Notes: a model not told the origin generated them from the sequence alone. Shown: positions 12,680 to 24,588, numbered from the stretch's first letter. The stretch: DNA of 64,000 nt from Tannerellaceae bacterium (GCA_051660585.1 JBOFPV010000052.1:80331-144330); one strand, 5' to 3'. Made by a program: numbers and translations.

Positions 12680-13474
12680 ATGAATACAACATCAAATAAA
12701 TATGGAGTAGTTTTGCAGCCGCTTGTCGCAGCAAGACTCTCGGCTTCTGAAAGAAGTGAAATGGTAACTCAATATCTTTTCGGAGATATTCTTTTAGTAG
12801 AAAAAGAGGATTCTGAATTTTATTTTGTAACCTCTTCATATGATAATTATTCAGGATGGGTTTGTAAAGGTTCAATTCATTTAGTTGGTGATACATCACT
12901 TTTAGAATTGAAAACAACATATATGTCAACTGCTCAATTTGCTGATGTTTTTAATTTATCAGATCGTTCAATTATCCGATTACCACTGGGAAGCCGATTA
13001 ATTGGATACAATGAACTAAACGGGCGATTTGGATTCAATGGTAGCGAGTATCAAATTCATCCTACTTTTGTTGTGAATACTCATCCTGCTTCTTTGGAGG
13101 GGATTCTAGAAACTGCTTTTAGTTTTAAGAATGCGCCTTATTTGTGGGGTGGAAAAACAACGTTGGGTATTGACTGCTCAGGGTTTGTTCAACAAGTGTA
13201 TGCGATTCATGGTTTTGAGTTGCCGCGTGATGCAAGACAGCAAGTTGAAGTTGGGTCGGCGGTAGATACTTTGGCTGATGCAAAACAAGGCGATTTGTTG
13301 TTTTTTAGTTCTACTTCATCCTCTGATATATCACACGTAGGGATATTTTTAGACTCAAACCGAGTGATTCATGCATCCATAAATGTACATGTTGACTCGT
13401 TAGACGATGTTGGCATAATTCATAAAACGACTGGTACTCATTCTCATCTGTTGAGGGCGATCAAGCGTTTATAA
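12680..13474 (+). CDS. NlpC/P60 (C40) family peptidoglycan peptidase with SH3-like N-terminal domain
   Basis: Catalytic motif GIDCSGFVQQVY, later HVGIFL..VIHAS (Cys-His-His triad). Start moved to ATG 12680, just after the mutL stop. Confidence 0.8.
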   Translation: MNTTSNKYGVVLQPLVAARLSASERSEMVTQYLFGDILLVEKEDSEFYFVTSSYDNYSGWVCKGSIHLVGDTSLLELKTTYMSTAQFADVFNLSDRSIIRLPLGSRLIGYNELNGRFGFNGSEYQIHPTFVVNTHPASLEGILETAFSFKNAPYLWGGKTTLGIDCSGFVQQVYAIHGFELPRDARQQVEVGSAVDTLADAKQGDLLFFSSTSSSDISHVGIFLDSNRVIHASINVHVDSLDDVGIIHKTTGTHSHLLRAIKRL

Positions 13475-13504
13475 ATTTAGAATATAGCATACTGAAATAT
13501 TTAT

Positions 13505-13571
13505 CCCCGTAGCTTATCAGACCTTTCTTTCTTGAAGAATATAGGTCGATAAGTTGCGGGGAGTTCTTTTT
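13505..13571. terminator. Long hairpin between convergent NlpC/P60 and AraC genes
   Basis: About 19-bp stem (CCCCGTAGCTTATC..GACCT / AGGTC..GATAAGTTGCGGGG, with wobble pairs and one bulge) followed by T8 on the + strand. Confidence 0.7.
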
Positions 13572-14462
13572 TTAGTCAGATATAATTAAAGAATATTTCT
13601 TTTTAAATTTTGAGGGGGTTATGCCCATATAACGTTTAAATACCTTTGAAAAATAGAATTCATCGTAGAATTGCAGTCGATTCGCAATTTCTTTGATCTG
13701 AATATTTGTTCGTTGTAAATACGTTGCCGCTTGTTGTATTTTCAACTGATTGTAGTAATTAATCGGGGTCTCACCGGTTTTCTTTGTAAATAATGTAGAT
13801 AGATGAGAAGGGGAGTAGTCTAACTCTGACGCTAGATCCTCGAGTGTAAGTCTTTTCTCAATATGATCTTTCATTATCGTAATCGCTTTTGTAATAATAT
13901 CCGTATCAGGATAGATGATATCGGATGCTGCAAGCTCTGTGTATTTTGTAGAGATAAGCAGTGTCCATAATTGTCCCGAAATATATTCAATGTTTTCTTT
14001 TCTATATCCCATTTCTAGAGAGTGGACAATCTCTTGTATTTTGTGCAGATATACCGATGTGATATCATCTGCAAGCCCAAATGAGAAAGTTGTATTCTCT
14101 TCTTTTATCAGGCAGTGAGCTTTCTTTCCATTGAATTGGATGATATATACAAGATTATCTCTTCTCTTAATGTGTGAAATATCTTTGATGTATGCTGTTC
14201 TACAGATGAGATATTCTTTCTCTCTGATCTGAATTTCATCATCAGATGTATGTACTCTTATTTTTCCGGCAAAGCAAAAGATTAAAGAATAACTTTCTTC
14301 ATCTTCAGATTTGTTGTTGATAAGATTTGACTCCGTATAGTTTTTGATAGAAATCAAATACAAGTCTTCAGTTAATGGGTTTTGTGACAATTCGCAAATT
14401 AAATTCTGGGGTATAATTATTGCAATGTCTTTGTTTTTGATTTGTGCTGTGTTGGTATTCAT
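13572..14462 (-). CDS. AraC family transcriptional regulator
   Basis: C-terminal double HTH (LTLEDLASELDYSPSHLSTLFTKKTGETP...FYDEFYFSKVFKRYMGITPSKF) with a cupin-like N-terminal domain. Confidence 0.85.
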   Translation of the reverse strand: MNTNTAQIKNKDIAIIIPQNLICELSQNPLTEDLYLISIKNYTESNLINNKSEDEESYSLIFCFAGKIRVHTSDDEIQIREKEYLICRTAYIKDISHIKRRDNLVYIIQFNGKKAHCLIKEENTTFSFGLADDITSVYLHKIQEIVHSLEMGYRKENIEYISGQLWTLLISTKYTELAASDIIYPDTDIITKAITIMKDHIEKRLTLEDLASELDYSPSHLSTLFTKKTGETPINYYNQLKIQQAATYLQRTNIQIKEIANRLQFYDEFYFSKVFKRYMGITPSKFKKKYSLIISD

Positions 14463-15528
14463 AACTGTTCTTCATTTAGTTTTGAAATTACATGTCAATT
14501 TGTGGGTTGTCGCTTTTCTCATAATGTATTGCTGCGTTGTAAGGTTATTGCTTGCAATATAAATATTTATTTGAATTAGTTGAATAGAAAGTGACTATAA
14601 TTATTTGAGTAAATATAAGAAATGCGTGATTATATAAGAAAGTTACTCATTTGAGCTAAATTATTTTATAGGTCACATTCGGTTGTAAGGCTCTTTGTTT
14701 GGGTTTTATGTTGTTTATTGTAATCGGTAACTTCGTTTCGTCGTTTTTCTCATGGTTTAGGGTTTCTGTGGATTGTTCTGAATAGTATCCTTTATATACA
14801 CTAAGTCTACATTATTGAATGATGTCTTCATTCTCAAGATTTAATTTTGAGGCTATTTTCGAGGGCTGTTGTATTTCAAAAAAAAGAGTTTGTGGTTTTT
14901 GTTCCTCTAAATAATTGATTCTTCTTTTATGTTTAGTGGTGTTCAGATAAAAACCTAATGTGTTTTAGATTAAAACCTTATTTGGTTTATTGAAGAACTA
15001 CATTAGGTTTTGTTATAAACCTCAAGAGCTTTTTGGAGGGATGCTGCTTGTTTACGAAATGTAGACAAGCGTATGTCTGCTTTTAGTGGTATTAAAAAGG
15101 ATTTTTGCTTTTCTGTTTTCTTTTCTGCTCATATTTCTTTTCTTTCTGTTGGGGAGGAGGGGTATTATATAAGTGGTTCTTTAAGTTTGTTAGGATTGAT
15201 TCTTTTGAGACCTTTATTAAGGCCGAATCGATTTTAATAAGCTTGAGGAGTTAAGCTTTGTCATATTGATATGAAATATTACGATGGTATTTCAGATTGA
15301 ATTCTTCATGCAACTTTTCAAGAAAGCTTTTCTTTACGAGGTTTTGAAGTGTGTCTGTTTTGTGTCTATGTGTTACTTTTTATTTGTTTATAATGTGATG
15401 TAAACTAGGATTCGAAGTGTATATGTCGCTAAAAAATGCTGATTTCAATGTTTTGTTCTTACTCTTTTGATTTTTAGGAGAAGAGTACAATAAGATGTTC
15501 GGATGTGTCGAAAAATAACTCATGGGTC

Positions 15529-15536
15529 TATATTTG
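15529..15536 (+). promoter_or_regulatory. Candidate -7 box (TATATTTG) inside the ORF-free region
   Basis: TAnnTTTG match with no ORF downstream before rpsL. Could be a distal rpsL promoter or an ncRNA promoter. Confidence 0.25.
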
Positions 15537-15742
15537 TTTTAGATGTTTACAGAAGCTTGAATTTGTCTCAGTTGAAACTTATAATGTGATAAATTTATGG
15601 TTTATATGTCGTTTTGTTCTAATGTATGGTTAATTTCTATTTTGAGTCTATTGTGTTGGTTTTGAGTCTTATGAACAAATGCTAAATAATTGGAAAAGAG
15701 TAATAATATTCCATTGTTGATTGTGTTTTGGAAATAATTGTG

Positions 15743-15750
15743 TAACTTTG
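15743..15750 (+). promoter_or_regulatory. Candidate -7 box (TAACTTTG) of the rpsL super-operon
   Basis: TAnnTTTG match about 128 nt upstream of the rpsL ATG (15879). A TTTG at 15727-15730 lies upstream. Confidence 0.5.
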
Positions 15751-15878
15751 CAGCGTCTTTCGGATGTGATGTATTCTGGTTGTTGGTTAAGTTTTTGATT
15801 AACAGTTGGTAAGTTGCATAGAAAGCAGTGAATGTGAAATATATTATTTACACAACAAAGTTTTTAAATAGAATTAAA

Positions 15879-16292
15879 ATGCCTACAATTCAACAATTAG
15901 TTAGAAAAGGAAGGGAAACTTTGGTAGTAAAAGGAAAAGCTCCTGCGCTAGATGCATGTCCTCAAAGACGTGGTGTGTGTGTGAGAGTTTACACTACAAC
16001 TCCAAAGAAACCTAACTCAGCGATGCGTAAAGTTGCGAGAGTACGTTTGACAAATGGTAAAGAGGTTAACTCTTATATTCCGGGAGAAGGACACAACTTG
16101 CAAGAGCACTCTATCGTATTGGTTCGTGGTGGTCGTGTGAAAGACCTTCCAGGGGTACGTTACCACATTGTTCGCGGTACACTTGATACAGCTGGTGTGA
16201 ATGGTCGTACTCAAAGACGTTCAAAATACGGAGCTAAGCGTCCTAAACCAGGTCAAGCTGCTGCAGCTGCAACAAAAGGCAAGAAGAAATAA
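15879..16292 (+). CDS. rpsL: 30S ribosomal protein S12
   Basis: [35 protein letters not shown]. Start moved to ATG 15879. Confidence 0.97.
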   Translation: MPTIQQLVRKGRETLVVKGKAPALDACPQRRGVCVRVYTTTPKKPNSAMRKVARVRLTNGKEVNSYIPGEGHNLQEHSIVLVRGGRVKDLPGVRYHIVRGTLDTAGVNGRTQRRSKYGAKRPKPGQAAAAATKGKKK

Positions 16293-16443
16293 TATCAAGC
16301 CCTTTCAAACTGAGATTAATAAATTAAGTATTAAAACTAGTTTGAGTTTATTGGATAGGCTATAGGTTGAGTAAATAACACAGCGGTGTTGTTGAAGCAA
16401 TATTTTTTAAGCAACCAAAAACAAGAACGAAATTTTATCAGAA

Positions 16444-16920
16444 ATGAGAAAAGCAAAACCAAAAAAGAGACAGGTTCTCCCAGATCCTGTTTTCGGTGAT
16501 GTTAAGGTGACAAAATTTGTAAATCACCTGATGTACGATGGCAAAAAATCTGTTGCCTTCGAAATTTTCTACACAGCGTTGGAAAACGTTAAGACCAAGT
16601 TGGCTAATGAAGAAAGATCAGCTCTAGAAATCTGGAAAGCTGCTTTAGATAACATTACTCCTCAAGTGGAAGTTAAGTCTCGCCGTGTTGGTGGTGCTAC
16701 ATTCCAAGTTCCTACTGAAATCCGTCATGACCGTAAGGAGTCAATCTCAATGAAGAATCTTATTCTTTTCTCACGCAAAAGAGGTGGCCGTACTATGGCT
16801 GATAAATTGGCTGCGGAGATTGTTGATGCATTTAACAACCAAGGTGGTGCATTCAAGAAGAAAGAAGATATGCATAGAATGGCAGACGCTAACCGTGCAT
16901 TTGCTCACTTTAGATTTTAA
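16444..16920 (+). CDS. rpsG: 30S ribosomal protein S7
   Basis: 158 aa with conserved S7 sequence ([14 protein letters not shown]); canonical str-operon order. Confidence 0.97.
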   Translation: MRKAKPKKRQVLPDPVFGDVKVTKFVNHLMYDGKKSVAFEIFYTALENVKTKLANEERSALEIWKAALDNITPQVEVKSRRVGGATFQVPTEIRHDRKESISMKNLILFSRKRGGRTMADKLAAEIVDAFNNQGGAFKKKEDMHRMADANRAFAHFRF

Positions 16921-16941
16921 TTAAGCTAATACTAGAATAAG

Positions 16942-19071
16942 ATGGCTAAAGGTTCAGATCAACAATTAAATTTAACCAGAAATATTGGTATCATGGCTCA
17001 CATCGATGCTGGTAAGACTACGACTTCAGAGCGTATTCTTTTTTATACCGGCTTGACTCACAAAATTGGTGAGGTTCACGATGGTGGTGCTACAATGGAC
17101 TGGATGGAACAAGAGCAAGAGCGTGGTATTACTATTACCTCTGCTGCTACAACCACATTCTGGAACTACGATAATAAAAAATTCAAAATCAATCTTATTG
17201 ATACTCCGGGGCACGTTGACTTTACTGTAGAGGTAGAGCGTTCACTACGTATCCTTGATGGTGCTGTTGCAACTTTCTGTGCAGTAGGTGGTGTTGAGCC
17301 GCAATCAGAAACTGTATGGCGCCAAGCTGACAAATATAATGTTCCTCGTATTGGTTACGTTAACAAAATGGACCGTTCAGGAGCTAACTTCTTCGAAGTT
17401 GTTCGTCAGTTAAGAGATGTTCTTGGAGCAAACCCATGTCCTATTCAAATTCCAATCGGAGCTGAAGAAACATTCAAAGGTGTAATTGACCTTATCAGAA
17501 TGAAAGCTCTTTACTGGCATGATGAAACTATGGGTGCTGAATACTCAGTAGAAGAAATTCCTGCTGAACTTCTAGCTGAAGCTGAAGAATGGAGAGAAAA
17601 AATGCTTGAATCTATCGCTGAATGTGATGATGCAATCATGGAAAAATTCTTCGACGATCCTTCTGCTATCACTGAAGATGAAATTATGAATGCAATTCGT
17701 AAGGGTACTTTAGCTATGGCTATCAACCCAATGATTTGTGGTTCTTCTTTCAAAAACAAAGGTGTTCAGTGTCTTCTAGACGCAGTTTGTTCATTCTTGC
17801 CAAGTCCAATCGATAACCCAATTATCGAAGGATTCAATCCAGAAGATCCAGAAACGATGATTACTCGTCCGGTTTCTTCAGATGAACCTCTTGTTGCTTT
17901 GGCATTTAAGATCGCAACTGACCCTTATGTAGGCCGTTTGTGTTTCTTCCGTGTTTATACAGGAGAACTTGAGGCAGGATCATACGTTTACAATACTCGT
18001 TCAAACAAGAAAGAACGTATTTCTCGTTTGTTCCAAATGCACTCTAACAAACAAAACGCTAAGGAATTTATTGGTTGTGGTGATATTGGTGCAGGTGTTG
18101 GTTTTAAAGATATTCGTACAGGTGATACACTTTGTCAAGAAGGTCACCCTATGGTACTTGAATCAATGGACTTCCCAGAGCCAGTTATCGGTATCGCAGT
18201 AGAGCCTAAAACTCAAAAAGATCTTGATAAACTTGGTGTAGGTTTGGCTAAACTTGCCGAAGAGGATCCAACATTCCGCGTGTCTTCAAACGAAGAAACA
18301 GGTCAAACTGTAATTAGCGGTATGGGTGAGCTTCACCTTGAAATCATTATCGACCGTTTGCGTCGTGAGTTCAAAGTTGAATGTAACCAAGGTCGTCCTC
18401 AGGTTTCTTATAAAGAAGCTATCTCAAATCCAGTTGAATTGCGTGAAACTTACAAAAAACAAACTGGTGGTCGTGGTAAGTTTGCAGATATGATTGTACG
18501 TGTTGAGCCTGCAGATGCAACATTTGAAGGTGAACTACAATTCGTTGACGAGGTTAAAGGTGGTAACATACCTCGCGAATTTATCCCATCTATTCAAAAA
18601 GGTTTCCTTCGCGCTATGAAAAATGGTGTTTTGGCTGGTTACCCTCTTGATAAACTTAAAGTAACTGTAATCGACGGTTCTTATCACCCAGTTGACTCGG
18701 ATCAGTTGTCATATGAGATTTGTGCTATTCAAGCGTTCAAGAGCGCATCTGAAAAAGCAGCTCCAACTCTTCTAGAGCCAATGATGAAAATCGAAGTTGT
18801 TACTCCAGAAGAAAACATGGGTGATGTGATTTCTGACTTGAACAAACGTCGTGGACAAGTTGAAGGTATGGAATCAAGCCGCTCTGGTGCACGTGTAGTA
18901 AAAGCGAAAGCTCCTCTAGCTGAGATGTTCGGTTATGTAACTGCACTACGTACAATCACTTCAGGTCGTGCTACTTCAACAATGACATTCTCTCACTACG
19001 AGCCAGTATCTGCTTCTATCGCTAAGCAAGTATTGACAGAGGTGAAAGGTCGTGTAGATTTGATCAAATAA
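16942..19071 (+). CDS. fusA: Elongation factor G
   Basis: GTPase motifs [17 protein letters not shown] and NKMD; 709 aa. Confidence 0.97.
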   Translation: MAKGSDQQLNLTRNIGIMAHIDAGKTTTSERILFYTGLTHKIGEVHDGGATMDWMEQEQERGITITSAATTTFWNYDNKKFKINLIDTPGHVDFTVEVERSLRILDGAVATFCAVGGVEPQSETVWRQADKYNVPRIGYVNKMDRSGANFFEVVRQLRDVLGANPCPIQIPIGAEETFKGVIDLIRMKALYWHDETMGAEYSVEEIPAELLAEAEEWREKMLESIAECDDAIMEKFFDDPSAITEDEIMNAIRKGTLAMAINPMICGSSFKNKGVQCLLDAVCSFLPSPIDNPIIEGFNPEDPETMITRPVSSDEPLVALAFKIATDPYVGRLCFFRVYTGELEAGSYVYNTRSNKKERISRLFQMHSNKQNAKEFIGCGDIGAGVGFKDIRTGDTLCQEGHPMVLESMDFPEPVIGIAVEPKTQKDLDKLGVGLAKLAEEDPTFRVSSNEETGQTVISGMGELHLEIIIDRLRREFKVECNQGRPQVSYKEAISNPVELRETYKKQTGGRGKFADMIVRVEPADATFEGELQFVDEVKGGNIPREFIPSIQKGFLRAMKNGVLAGYPLDKLKVTVIDGSYHPVDSDQLSYEICAIQAFKSASEKAAPTLLEPMMKIEVVTPEENMGDVISDLNKRRGQVEGMESSRSGARVVKAKAPLAEMFGYVTALRTITSGRATSTMTFSHYEPVSASIAKQVLTEVKGRVDLIK

Positions 19072-19096
19072 TTATAGATAGATATTACATTCAATT

Positions 19097-19402
19097 ATGA
19101 GCCAAAAGATCAGAATTAAACTTAAGTCTTATGACTACAACTTGGTAGACAAGTCTGCTGAGAAGATCGTTAAGACTGTTAAGGCTACCGGTGCTGTAGT
19201 AAGCGGTCCGATACCTCTTCCAACACATAAGCGTATCTTTACTGTAAATCGTTCAACTTTCGTAAACAAGAAATCTCGCGAGCAATTCGAGCTTTCTTCA
19301 TACAAGAGATTGATCGACATTTACAGCTCTACAGCTAAGACTGTTGACGCTTTGATGAAATTGGAATTACCAAGTGGTGTAGAAGTAGAAATTAAAGTTT
19401 GA
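19097..19402 (+). CDS. rpsJ: 30S ribosomal protein S10
   Basis: Conserved S10 sequence ([12 protein letters not shown]); follows fusA with no tuf in between. Confidence 0.97.
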   Translation: MSQKIRIKLKSYDYNLVDKSAEKIVKTVKATGAVVSGPIPLPTHKRIFTVNRSTFVNKKSREQFELSSYKRLIDIYSSTAKTVDALMKLELPSGVEVEIKV

Positions 19403-19423
19403 GTATTTTAAAAAATTAAAGAA

Positions 19424-20041
19424 ATGCCAGGATTAATAGGAAAGAAAATCGGAATGACATCCGTTTTCAGTGCCGATGGAAAAAATCTTCCATGCACTGT
19501 TATCGAAGTAGGTCCTTGTGTGGTTACTCAGATCAAATCGATCGAGAAAGATGGCTATGAGGCAATTCAGTTGGGTTACTCTGAAAAGAAAGAGAAACAT
19601 ACAACTAAGCCAGAAATGGGTCACTTTAAAAAAGCTGGAGTAGCTCCTCAAAGACACTTGGCCGAGTTCAAAGGTTTTGAAGGTGAATTTAACTTAGGAG
19701 ATGTAATCAAAGCTGATTTCTTCGAAGAAGATTCATTTGTTGATGTTATTGGGACATCTAAAGGTAAAGGTTTCCAAGGTGTTGTTAAACGTCACGGTTT
19801 CGGTGGTGTTGGTCAAGCAACACACGGTCAGCACAATCGTCTACGTGCACCAGGTTCTGTTGGTGCTTGTTCTTACCCTGCGAAAGTATTCAAAGGTACA
19901 AGAATGGCAGGCCGTCTAGGTGGCGATAGAGTAACTGTACAAAACCTACAAATTATTAAGGTGATTCCAGAACACAATCTTTTGTTGATCAAAGGATCTG
20001 TTCCAGGAGCTAAAGGTTCAATCGTTTTAATTGAAAAGTAA
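19424..20041 (+). CDS. rplC: 50S ribosomal protein L3
   Basis: [15 protein letters not shown].. and [15 protein letters not shown]; S10-operon order. Confidence 0.97.
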   Translation: MPGLIGKKIGMTSVFSADGKNLPCTVIEVGPCVVTQIKSIEKDGYEAIQLGYSEKKEKHTTKPEMGHFKKAGVAPQRHLAEFKGFEGEFNLGDVIKADFFEEDSFVDVIGTSKGKGFQGVVKRHGFGGVGQATHGQHNRLRAPGSVGACSYPAKVFKGTRMAGRLGGDRVTVQNLQIIKVIPEHNLLLIKGSVPGAKGSIVLIEK

Positions 20042-20664
20042 TGGAACTGAGCGTATATAACATTAAAGGTGAAGATACCGGAAGAAAGGTAACTTTGAGT
20101 GATGCTATCTTTGGCATTGAGCCAAACGATCATGCGATTTACTTGGATGTAAAGCAGTACCTTGCAAACCAACGTCAGGGAACTCATAAGTCTAAGGAAA
20201 GAAGCGAAATGTCTGGTTCAACTCGCAAGCTTATTAAGCAAAAAGGTGGTGGTGGAGCCCGTCGTGGTGATATCAACTCTCCAGTTTTGGTTGGTGGTGC
20301 TCGTGTATTTGGTCCAAGACCTAGAAACTATGAATTCAAATTGAACAAGAAAGTTAAAGCTTTGGCTCGTAAGTCAGCTTTCTCTTACAAAGCTATGAAT
20401 AACGAGATCATCATCGTTGAAGATTTCGCATTCGAAGCTCCAAAAACTAAAGAGTTCATATCATTTACTAAAAACCTGCAAGTGGCTGATAAAAAGTTAC
20501 TTTTGGTTTTAGCTGAGAAGAATAATTTCGTATATTTGTCGGCTCGTAACTTGCAGAAGGCGAATGTAATAACAGTTTCAGAACTTAATACCTTCACTCT
20601 TCTTAATAACAAGAGCTTGATCTTGACAGAAGGTTCTGTAGCTGCAATTGAGAAACTTTATTAA
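20041..20664 (+). CDS. rplD: 50S ribosomal protein L4
   Basis: Conserved L4 core ([11 protein letters not shown]); ATGA-type overlap with the rplC stop. Confidence 0.95.
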   Translation: MELSVYNIKGEDTGRKVTLSDAIFGIEPNDHAIYLDVKQYLANQRQGTHKSKERSEMSGSTRKLIKQKGGGGARRGDINSPVLVGGARVFGPRPRNYEFKLNKKVKALARKSAFSYKAMNNEIIIVEDFAFEAPKTKEFISFTKNLQVADKKLLLVLAEKNNFVYLSARNLQKANVITVSELNTFTLLNNKSLILTEGSVAAIEKLY

Positions 20665-20685
20665 TAGCATAGGAGGCTTAGTATA

Positions 20686-20979
20686 ATGGGAATTTTAATT
20701 AAACCTATCGTTACAGAGAAACAAACTGCGATCACTGAGAAATTCTCAAATCGTTTCGGGTTTCGTGTTTCTCCTGATGCCAACAAGTTGCAGATCAAGA
20801 AGGCGATTGAAGAGTTGTATAATGTAACTGTTGTTGGTGTTAATACTTGCAACTACTCTGGAAAGAGAAAATCTCGTTACACTCGTGCGGGTGTAATTTC
20901 AGGTAAAACTGCAGCATTCAAGAAAGCTATCGTAACTTTGAAAGATGGCGAAACAATTGATTTCTTTAGTAATATCTAA
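20686..20979 (+). CDS. rplW: 50S ribosomal protein L23
   Basis: 97 aa; L23-like sequence and operon position. Confidence 0.95.
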   Translation: MGILIKPIVTEKQTAITEKFSNRFGFRVSPDANKLQIKKAIEELYNVTVVGVNTCNYSGKRKSRYTRAGVISGKTAAFKKAIVTLKDGETIDFFSNI

Positions 20980-20986
20980 ATAAAAA

Positions 20987-21811
20987 ATGGGAATACGTAA
21001 ATTGAAGCCCACAACACCGGGGCAGAGACACAAAGTTATTGGTGCATTTGATACAATCACTGCGAGTGCACCAGAGAAGTCTCTTGTAGTAGGAAAAAGA
21101 AATACTGGTGGTCGTAATAACCAAGGTAAGATGACAATGCGCTACATTGGTGGCGGTCACAAACAAAAGTATAGAATTATCGACTTCAAGAGAAATAAAG
21201 ACGGAATTCCAGCAACAGTTAAATCAATCGAGTACGATCCAAATCGTACATCTCGTATCGCGCTGTTGTACTACGCAGATGGAGCAAAAGCTTATATCGT
21301 TGCTCCAAATGGATTGGAAGTTGGTCAGACAGTGATGTCAGGTGCTGAAGCAACTCCAGAAGTAGGTAACTGTTTACCTCTTGCAAATATTCCAATCGGT
21401 ACTGTTATTCACAATATCGAACTGCGTCCTGGTCAAGGTGCTAAACTTGTTCGTTCTGCTGGTGCTTTCGCTCAGTTGACTTCAAGAGAAGGTACTTATG
21501 CTATCATTAAGATGCCTTCTGGAGAAACAAGAAAAATTCTTTGCACTTGTAAAGCTACTATTGGTAGTGTTGGTAATTCAGACCATGGTCTTGAAAAATC
21601 AGGTAAAGCAGGTCGTTCTAGATGGCTTGGCCGTCGTCCTCGCAACCGAGGCGTTGTTATGAACCCAGTTGATCACCCAATGGGTGGTGGTGAAGGACGT
21701 TCGTCTGGAGGTCACCCAAGATCACGCAAAGGTTTATATGCTAAAGGCTTGAAGACTAGAGCTCCTAAGAAGCATTCTTCAAAGTACATCATTGAAAGAA
21801 GAAAGAAGTAA
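20987..21811 (+). CDS. rplB: 50S ribosomal protein L2
   Basis: Conserved L2 motifs ([19 protein letters not shown]). Confidence 0.97.
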   Translation: MGIRKLKPTTPGQRHKVIGAFDTITASAPEKSLVVGKRNTGGRNNQGKMTMRYIGGGHKQKYRIIDFKRNKDGIPATVKSIEYDPNRTSRIALLYYADGAKAYIVAPNGLEVGQTVMSGAEATPEVGNCLPLANIPIGTVIHNIELRPGQGAKLVRSAGAFAQLTSREGTYAIIKMPSGETRKILCTCKATIGSVGNSDHGLEKSGKAGRSRWLGRRPRNRGVVMNPVDHPMGGGEGRSSGGHPRSRKGLYAKGLKTRAPKKHSSKYIIERRKK

Positions 21812-21831
21812 TCTGATTAATTAAGAAAACT

Positions 21832-22101
21832 ATGAGTCGTTCGCTTAAAAAAGGCCCATATATCAATATCAAGCTTGAAAAGAAAGTGCTTGCTATGAAT
21901 GAGTCTGGCAAGAAAGCTGTTGTTAAAACATGGGCAAGAGCTTCTATGATTTCGCCTGATTTCGTAGGGCATACTATTGCAGTTCACAATGGTAATAAAT
22001 TTATTCCTGTTTACGTAACAGAAAACATGGTAGGTCACAAATTTGGTGAATTCTCACCAACTCGTAACTTCCGTGGTCACGGTGGTAATAAGAAACGATA
22101 A
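21832..22101 (+). CDS. rpsS: 30S ribosomal protein S19
   Basis: [34 protein letters not shown]. Confidence 0.97.
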   Translation: MSRSLKKGPYINIKLEKKVLAMNESGKKAVVKTWARASMISPDFVGHTIAVHNGNKFIPVYVTENMVGHKFGEFSPTRNFRGHGGNKKR

Positions 22102-22147
22102 TTATTACTCATTTCAGGAATTAAAACTTTAAAAAAGAATTAGTAAA

Positions 22148-22555
22148 ATGGGTGCTAGAAAAAGAATATCAGCCGAACAAAGAAAAGAAGCCCAAAAGAC
22201 CATGTATTTCGCTAAATTGCGAAATGTTCCAACTTCTCCACGTAAGATGCGTCTAGTAGTAGACATGATCCGTGGTATGGAAGTTTTCAGAGCACTTGGT
22301 GTCTTGAAATTTTCGAATAAAGAGGCTGCTGCAAGAATTGAAAAATTGCTTCGTTCTGCTATTGCAAACTGGGAGCAAAAGAATGATCGTAAAGCAGAGA
22401 GTGGAGAATTGTTTGTTTCTTCAATCAGTGTAGATTCAGCTACAATGTTGAAAAGACTTCGTCCAGCTCCACAAGGTAGAGGTTACAGAGTGCGTAAGCG
22501 TTCTAATCACGTAACTCTATTTGTTGATACACTAAGTTCAACCAATCAAAAATAA
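22148..22555 (+). CDS. rplV: 50S ribosomal protein L22
   Basis: 135 aa; L22-like sequence ([14 protein letters not shown]) and operon position. Confidence 0.95.
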   Translation: MGARKRISAEQRKEAQKTMYFAKLRNVPTSPRKMRLVVDMIRGMEVFRALGVLKFSNKEAAARIEKLLRSAIANWEQKNDRKAESGELFVSSISVDSATMLKRLRPAPQGRGYRVRKRSNHVTLFVDTLSSTNQK

Positions 22556-22562
22556 TTGTTAG

Positions 22563-23294
22563 ATGGGACAAAAAGTTAATCCAGTAAGTAATCGTTTAGG
22601 AATTATTCGTGGATGGGATTCGAACTGGTATGGTGGAAAAAACTATGGTGACACATTGTTGGAAGATAGCAAAATCCGTAAATACCTAAGCGCCCGTCTA
22701 GCAAAAGCTAGTGTATCACGCATCGTAATCGAACGTACGCTTAAGTTAGTAACAATCACTGTTTGCACTGCTCGTCCAGGTATTATTATCGGTAAAGGCG
22801 GTCAGGAAGTTGATAAGTTGAAAGAAGAGTTGAAGAAAATTACTGATAAAGATGTTCAAATCAACATTTTTGAAGTAAAAAGACCAGAACTTGATGCAAC
22901 TATCGTAGCAAACAACATCGCTCGCCAACTTGAAGGTAAGATTGCTTACCGCCGTGCAATCAAGCAAGCTATCTCATCAACAATGAGAATGGGTGCTGAA
23001 GGTATCAAAATTCAAGTTTCAGGTCGTTTGAATGGAGCTGAAATGGCACGTTCAGAAATGTATAAAGAAGGAAGAACTCCACTTCATACATTAAGAGCTG
23101 ATATCGACTATGCTCTTGCTGAAGCGTTGACTAAAGTTGGTTTGTTGGGTATCAAAGTTTGGATTTGTAAAGGTGAAGTTTATGGTAAGAGAGATCTTGC
23201 TCCAAACTTTACAACTACAAGAGAATCTGGACGTCGCGACAACAACGGAGGCAACAGAGATAAAAACTTCAAGAGAAAAAAAGCTAATCGTTAA
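22563..23294 (+). CDS. rpsC: 30S ribosomal protein S3
   Basis: MGQKVNP...GIIIGKGG (KH domain), with a basic C-terminal tail. Confidence 0.97.
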   Translation: MGQKVNPVSNRLGIIRGWDSNWYGGKNYGDTLLEDSKIRKYLSARLAKASVSRIVIERTLKLVTITVCTARPGIIIGKGGQEVDKLKEELKKITDKDVQINIFEVKRPELDATIVANNIARQLEGKIAYRRAIKQAISSTMRMGAEGIKIQVSGRLNGAEMARSEMYKEGRTPLHTLRADIDYALAEALTKVGLLGIKVWICKGEVYGKRDLAPNFTTTRESGRRDNNGGNRDKNFKRKKANR

Positions 23295-23313
23295 ACGTTA
23301 GAATTAATTAGAA

Positions 23314-23748
23314 ATGTTACAACCGAAGAAAACGAAATTTAGAAGACAACAAAAGGGTCGCATGAAGGGTAATGCCCAACGCGGACACCAGTTGGCCTTC
23401 GGTTCATTTGGTATCAAGTCTTTGCAAACAAAATGGATTACAGGACGTCAGATTGAAGCTGCTCGTATTGCTGTAACACGTTATATGCAACGTCAAGGTC
23501 AAGTTTGGGTTAGAATCTTCCCAGATAAACCAATTACTAAAAAGCCTGCCGAAGTACGTATGGGTAAAGGTAAAGGTTCTCCAGAAGGATTCGTAGCACC
23601 AATTACTCCAGGTAGAATCATCTTCGAAATCGAAGGTGTACCGTTTGAAGTAGCAAAAGAGGCCCTACGCCTTGCAGCACAAAAGCTTCCGGTTACTACT
23701 AAGTTTGTGGTGAGACGTGATTATGATTTAGAAAATCAAAATGCGTAA
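23314..23748 (+). CDS. rplP: 50S ribosomal protein L16
   Basis: [23 protein letters not shown]. Confidence 0.97.
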   Translation: MLQPKKTKFRRQQKGRMKGNAQRGHQLAFGSFGIKSLQTKWITGRQIEAARIAVTRYMQRQGQVWVRIFPDKPITKKPAEVRMGKGKGSPEGFVAPITPGRIIFEIEGVPFEVAKEALRLAAQKLPVTTKFVVRRDYDLENQNA

Positions 23749-23752
23749 TTGT

Positions 23753-23950
23753 ATGAAAATTGCAGAAATTAAAGAATTAGGAACAAAGGAGTTGATCGAA
23801 CGTGTTGAAGCAGAAACAATTGCTTTAAACCAAAAAGAAATCAACCATAGTATCTCTCCTTTGGAAAATCCTGCACAAATTAAACAATCACGCAGGATGA
23901 TCGCACGCATGAAAACAGTATTGCGTCAGAGAGAACTTAACAATCAATAA
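23753..23950 (+). CDS. rpmC: 50S ribosomal protein L29
   Basis: [14 protein letters not shown].. Start moved to ATG 23753, after the rplP stop at 23746-23748. Confidence 0.9.
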   Translation: MKIAEIKELGTKELIERVEAETIALNQKEINHSISPLENPAQIKQSRRMIARMKTVLRQRELNNQ

Positions 23951-23963
23951 TCAATTGAGCCTG

Positions 23964-24221
23964 ATGGAAACTAGAAATTTAAGAAAAGAAAGAGTTGGGG
24001 TAGTTTTCAGCAATAAGATGGATAAAACAATCACTGTTGCTGTAAAATGGAAAGAAAAACACCCGATTTATGGTAAATTCGTTAATAAAACGAAGAAATA
24101 TCACGCTCACGACGAAAAGAACGAGTGCAACATCGGCGACACCGTTAAAATTATGGAAACTCGTCCTTTGAGCAAAACAAAGAGATGGAGATTAGTTCAA
24201 ATAATCGAAAGAGCTAAGTAA
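23964..24221 (+). CDS. rpsQ: 30S ribosomal protein S17
   Basis: [26 protein letters not shown]. The ATG at 23964 is preferred over the TTG at 23955. Confidence 0.93.
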   Translation: METRNLRKERVGVVFSNKMDKTITVAVKWKEKHPIYGKFVNKTKKYHAHDEKNECNIGDTVKIMETRPLSKTKRWRLVQIIERAK

Positions 24222-24222
24222 G

Positions 24223-24588
24223 ATGATACAACAAGAGTCAAGATTATTAGTAGCTGATAACAGTGGAGCAAAGGAAGCTTTGTGTATCCGTGTTCTTGGT
24301 GGTACAAAAAAGCGTTACGCTACTGTAGGTGATGTTATCGTAGTAGCAATCAAAAGTGTAATCCCTTCAAGCGACGTAAAAAAAGGTGCAGTTTCGAAAG
24401 CAATTGTAGTACGTACGAAAAAGGAAATCCGTCGTCAAGATGGCTCATATATTCGCTTTGATGATAACGCATGTGTTTTGTTGAATAATGCAGGTGAAAT
24501 CAGAGGTAGCCGTATCTTTGGCCCAGTTGCTAGAGAGCTTCGTGCAACAAACATGAAAATTGTATCACTTGCACCTGAAGTACTTTAA
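24223..24588 (+). CDS. rplN: 50S ribosomal protein L14
   Basis: [25 protein letters not shown]. Confidence 0.97.
   Translation: MIQQESRLLVADNSGAKEALCIRVLGGTKKRYATVGDVIVVAIKSVIPSSDVKKGAVSKAIVVRTKKEIRRQDGSYIRFDDNACVLLNNAGEIRGSRIFGPVARELRATNMKIVSLAPEVL

Noticed and set aside
12363-12929. 188-aa minus-strand ORF spanning the mutL / NlpC-P60 junction
   Set aside because: It is not phase-explained, but both overlapped sense genes are strongly supported to their ends. The product looks like a random AT-rich translation (Leu/Ile/Lys/Phe/Ser-rich) with no motif.
14344-14562. Hydrophobic 72-aa plus-strand ORF overlapping the AraC gene start
   Set aside because: Its hydrophobicity is a by-product of extreme T-richness. 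It overlaps the 5' end of the AraC gene antisense and has no start context.
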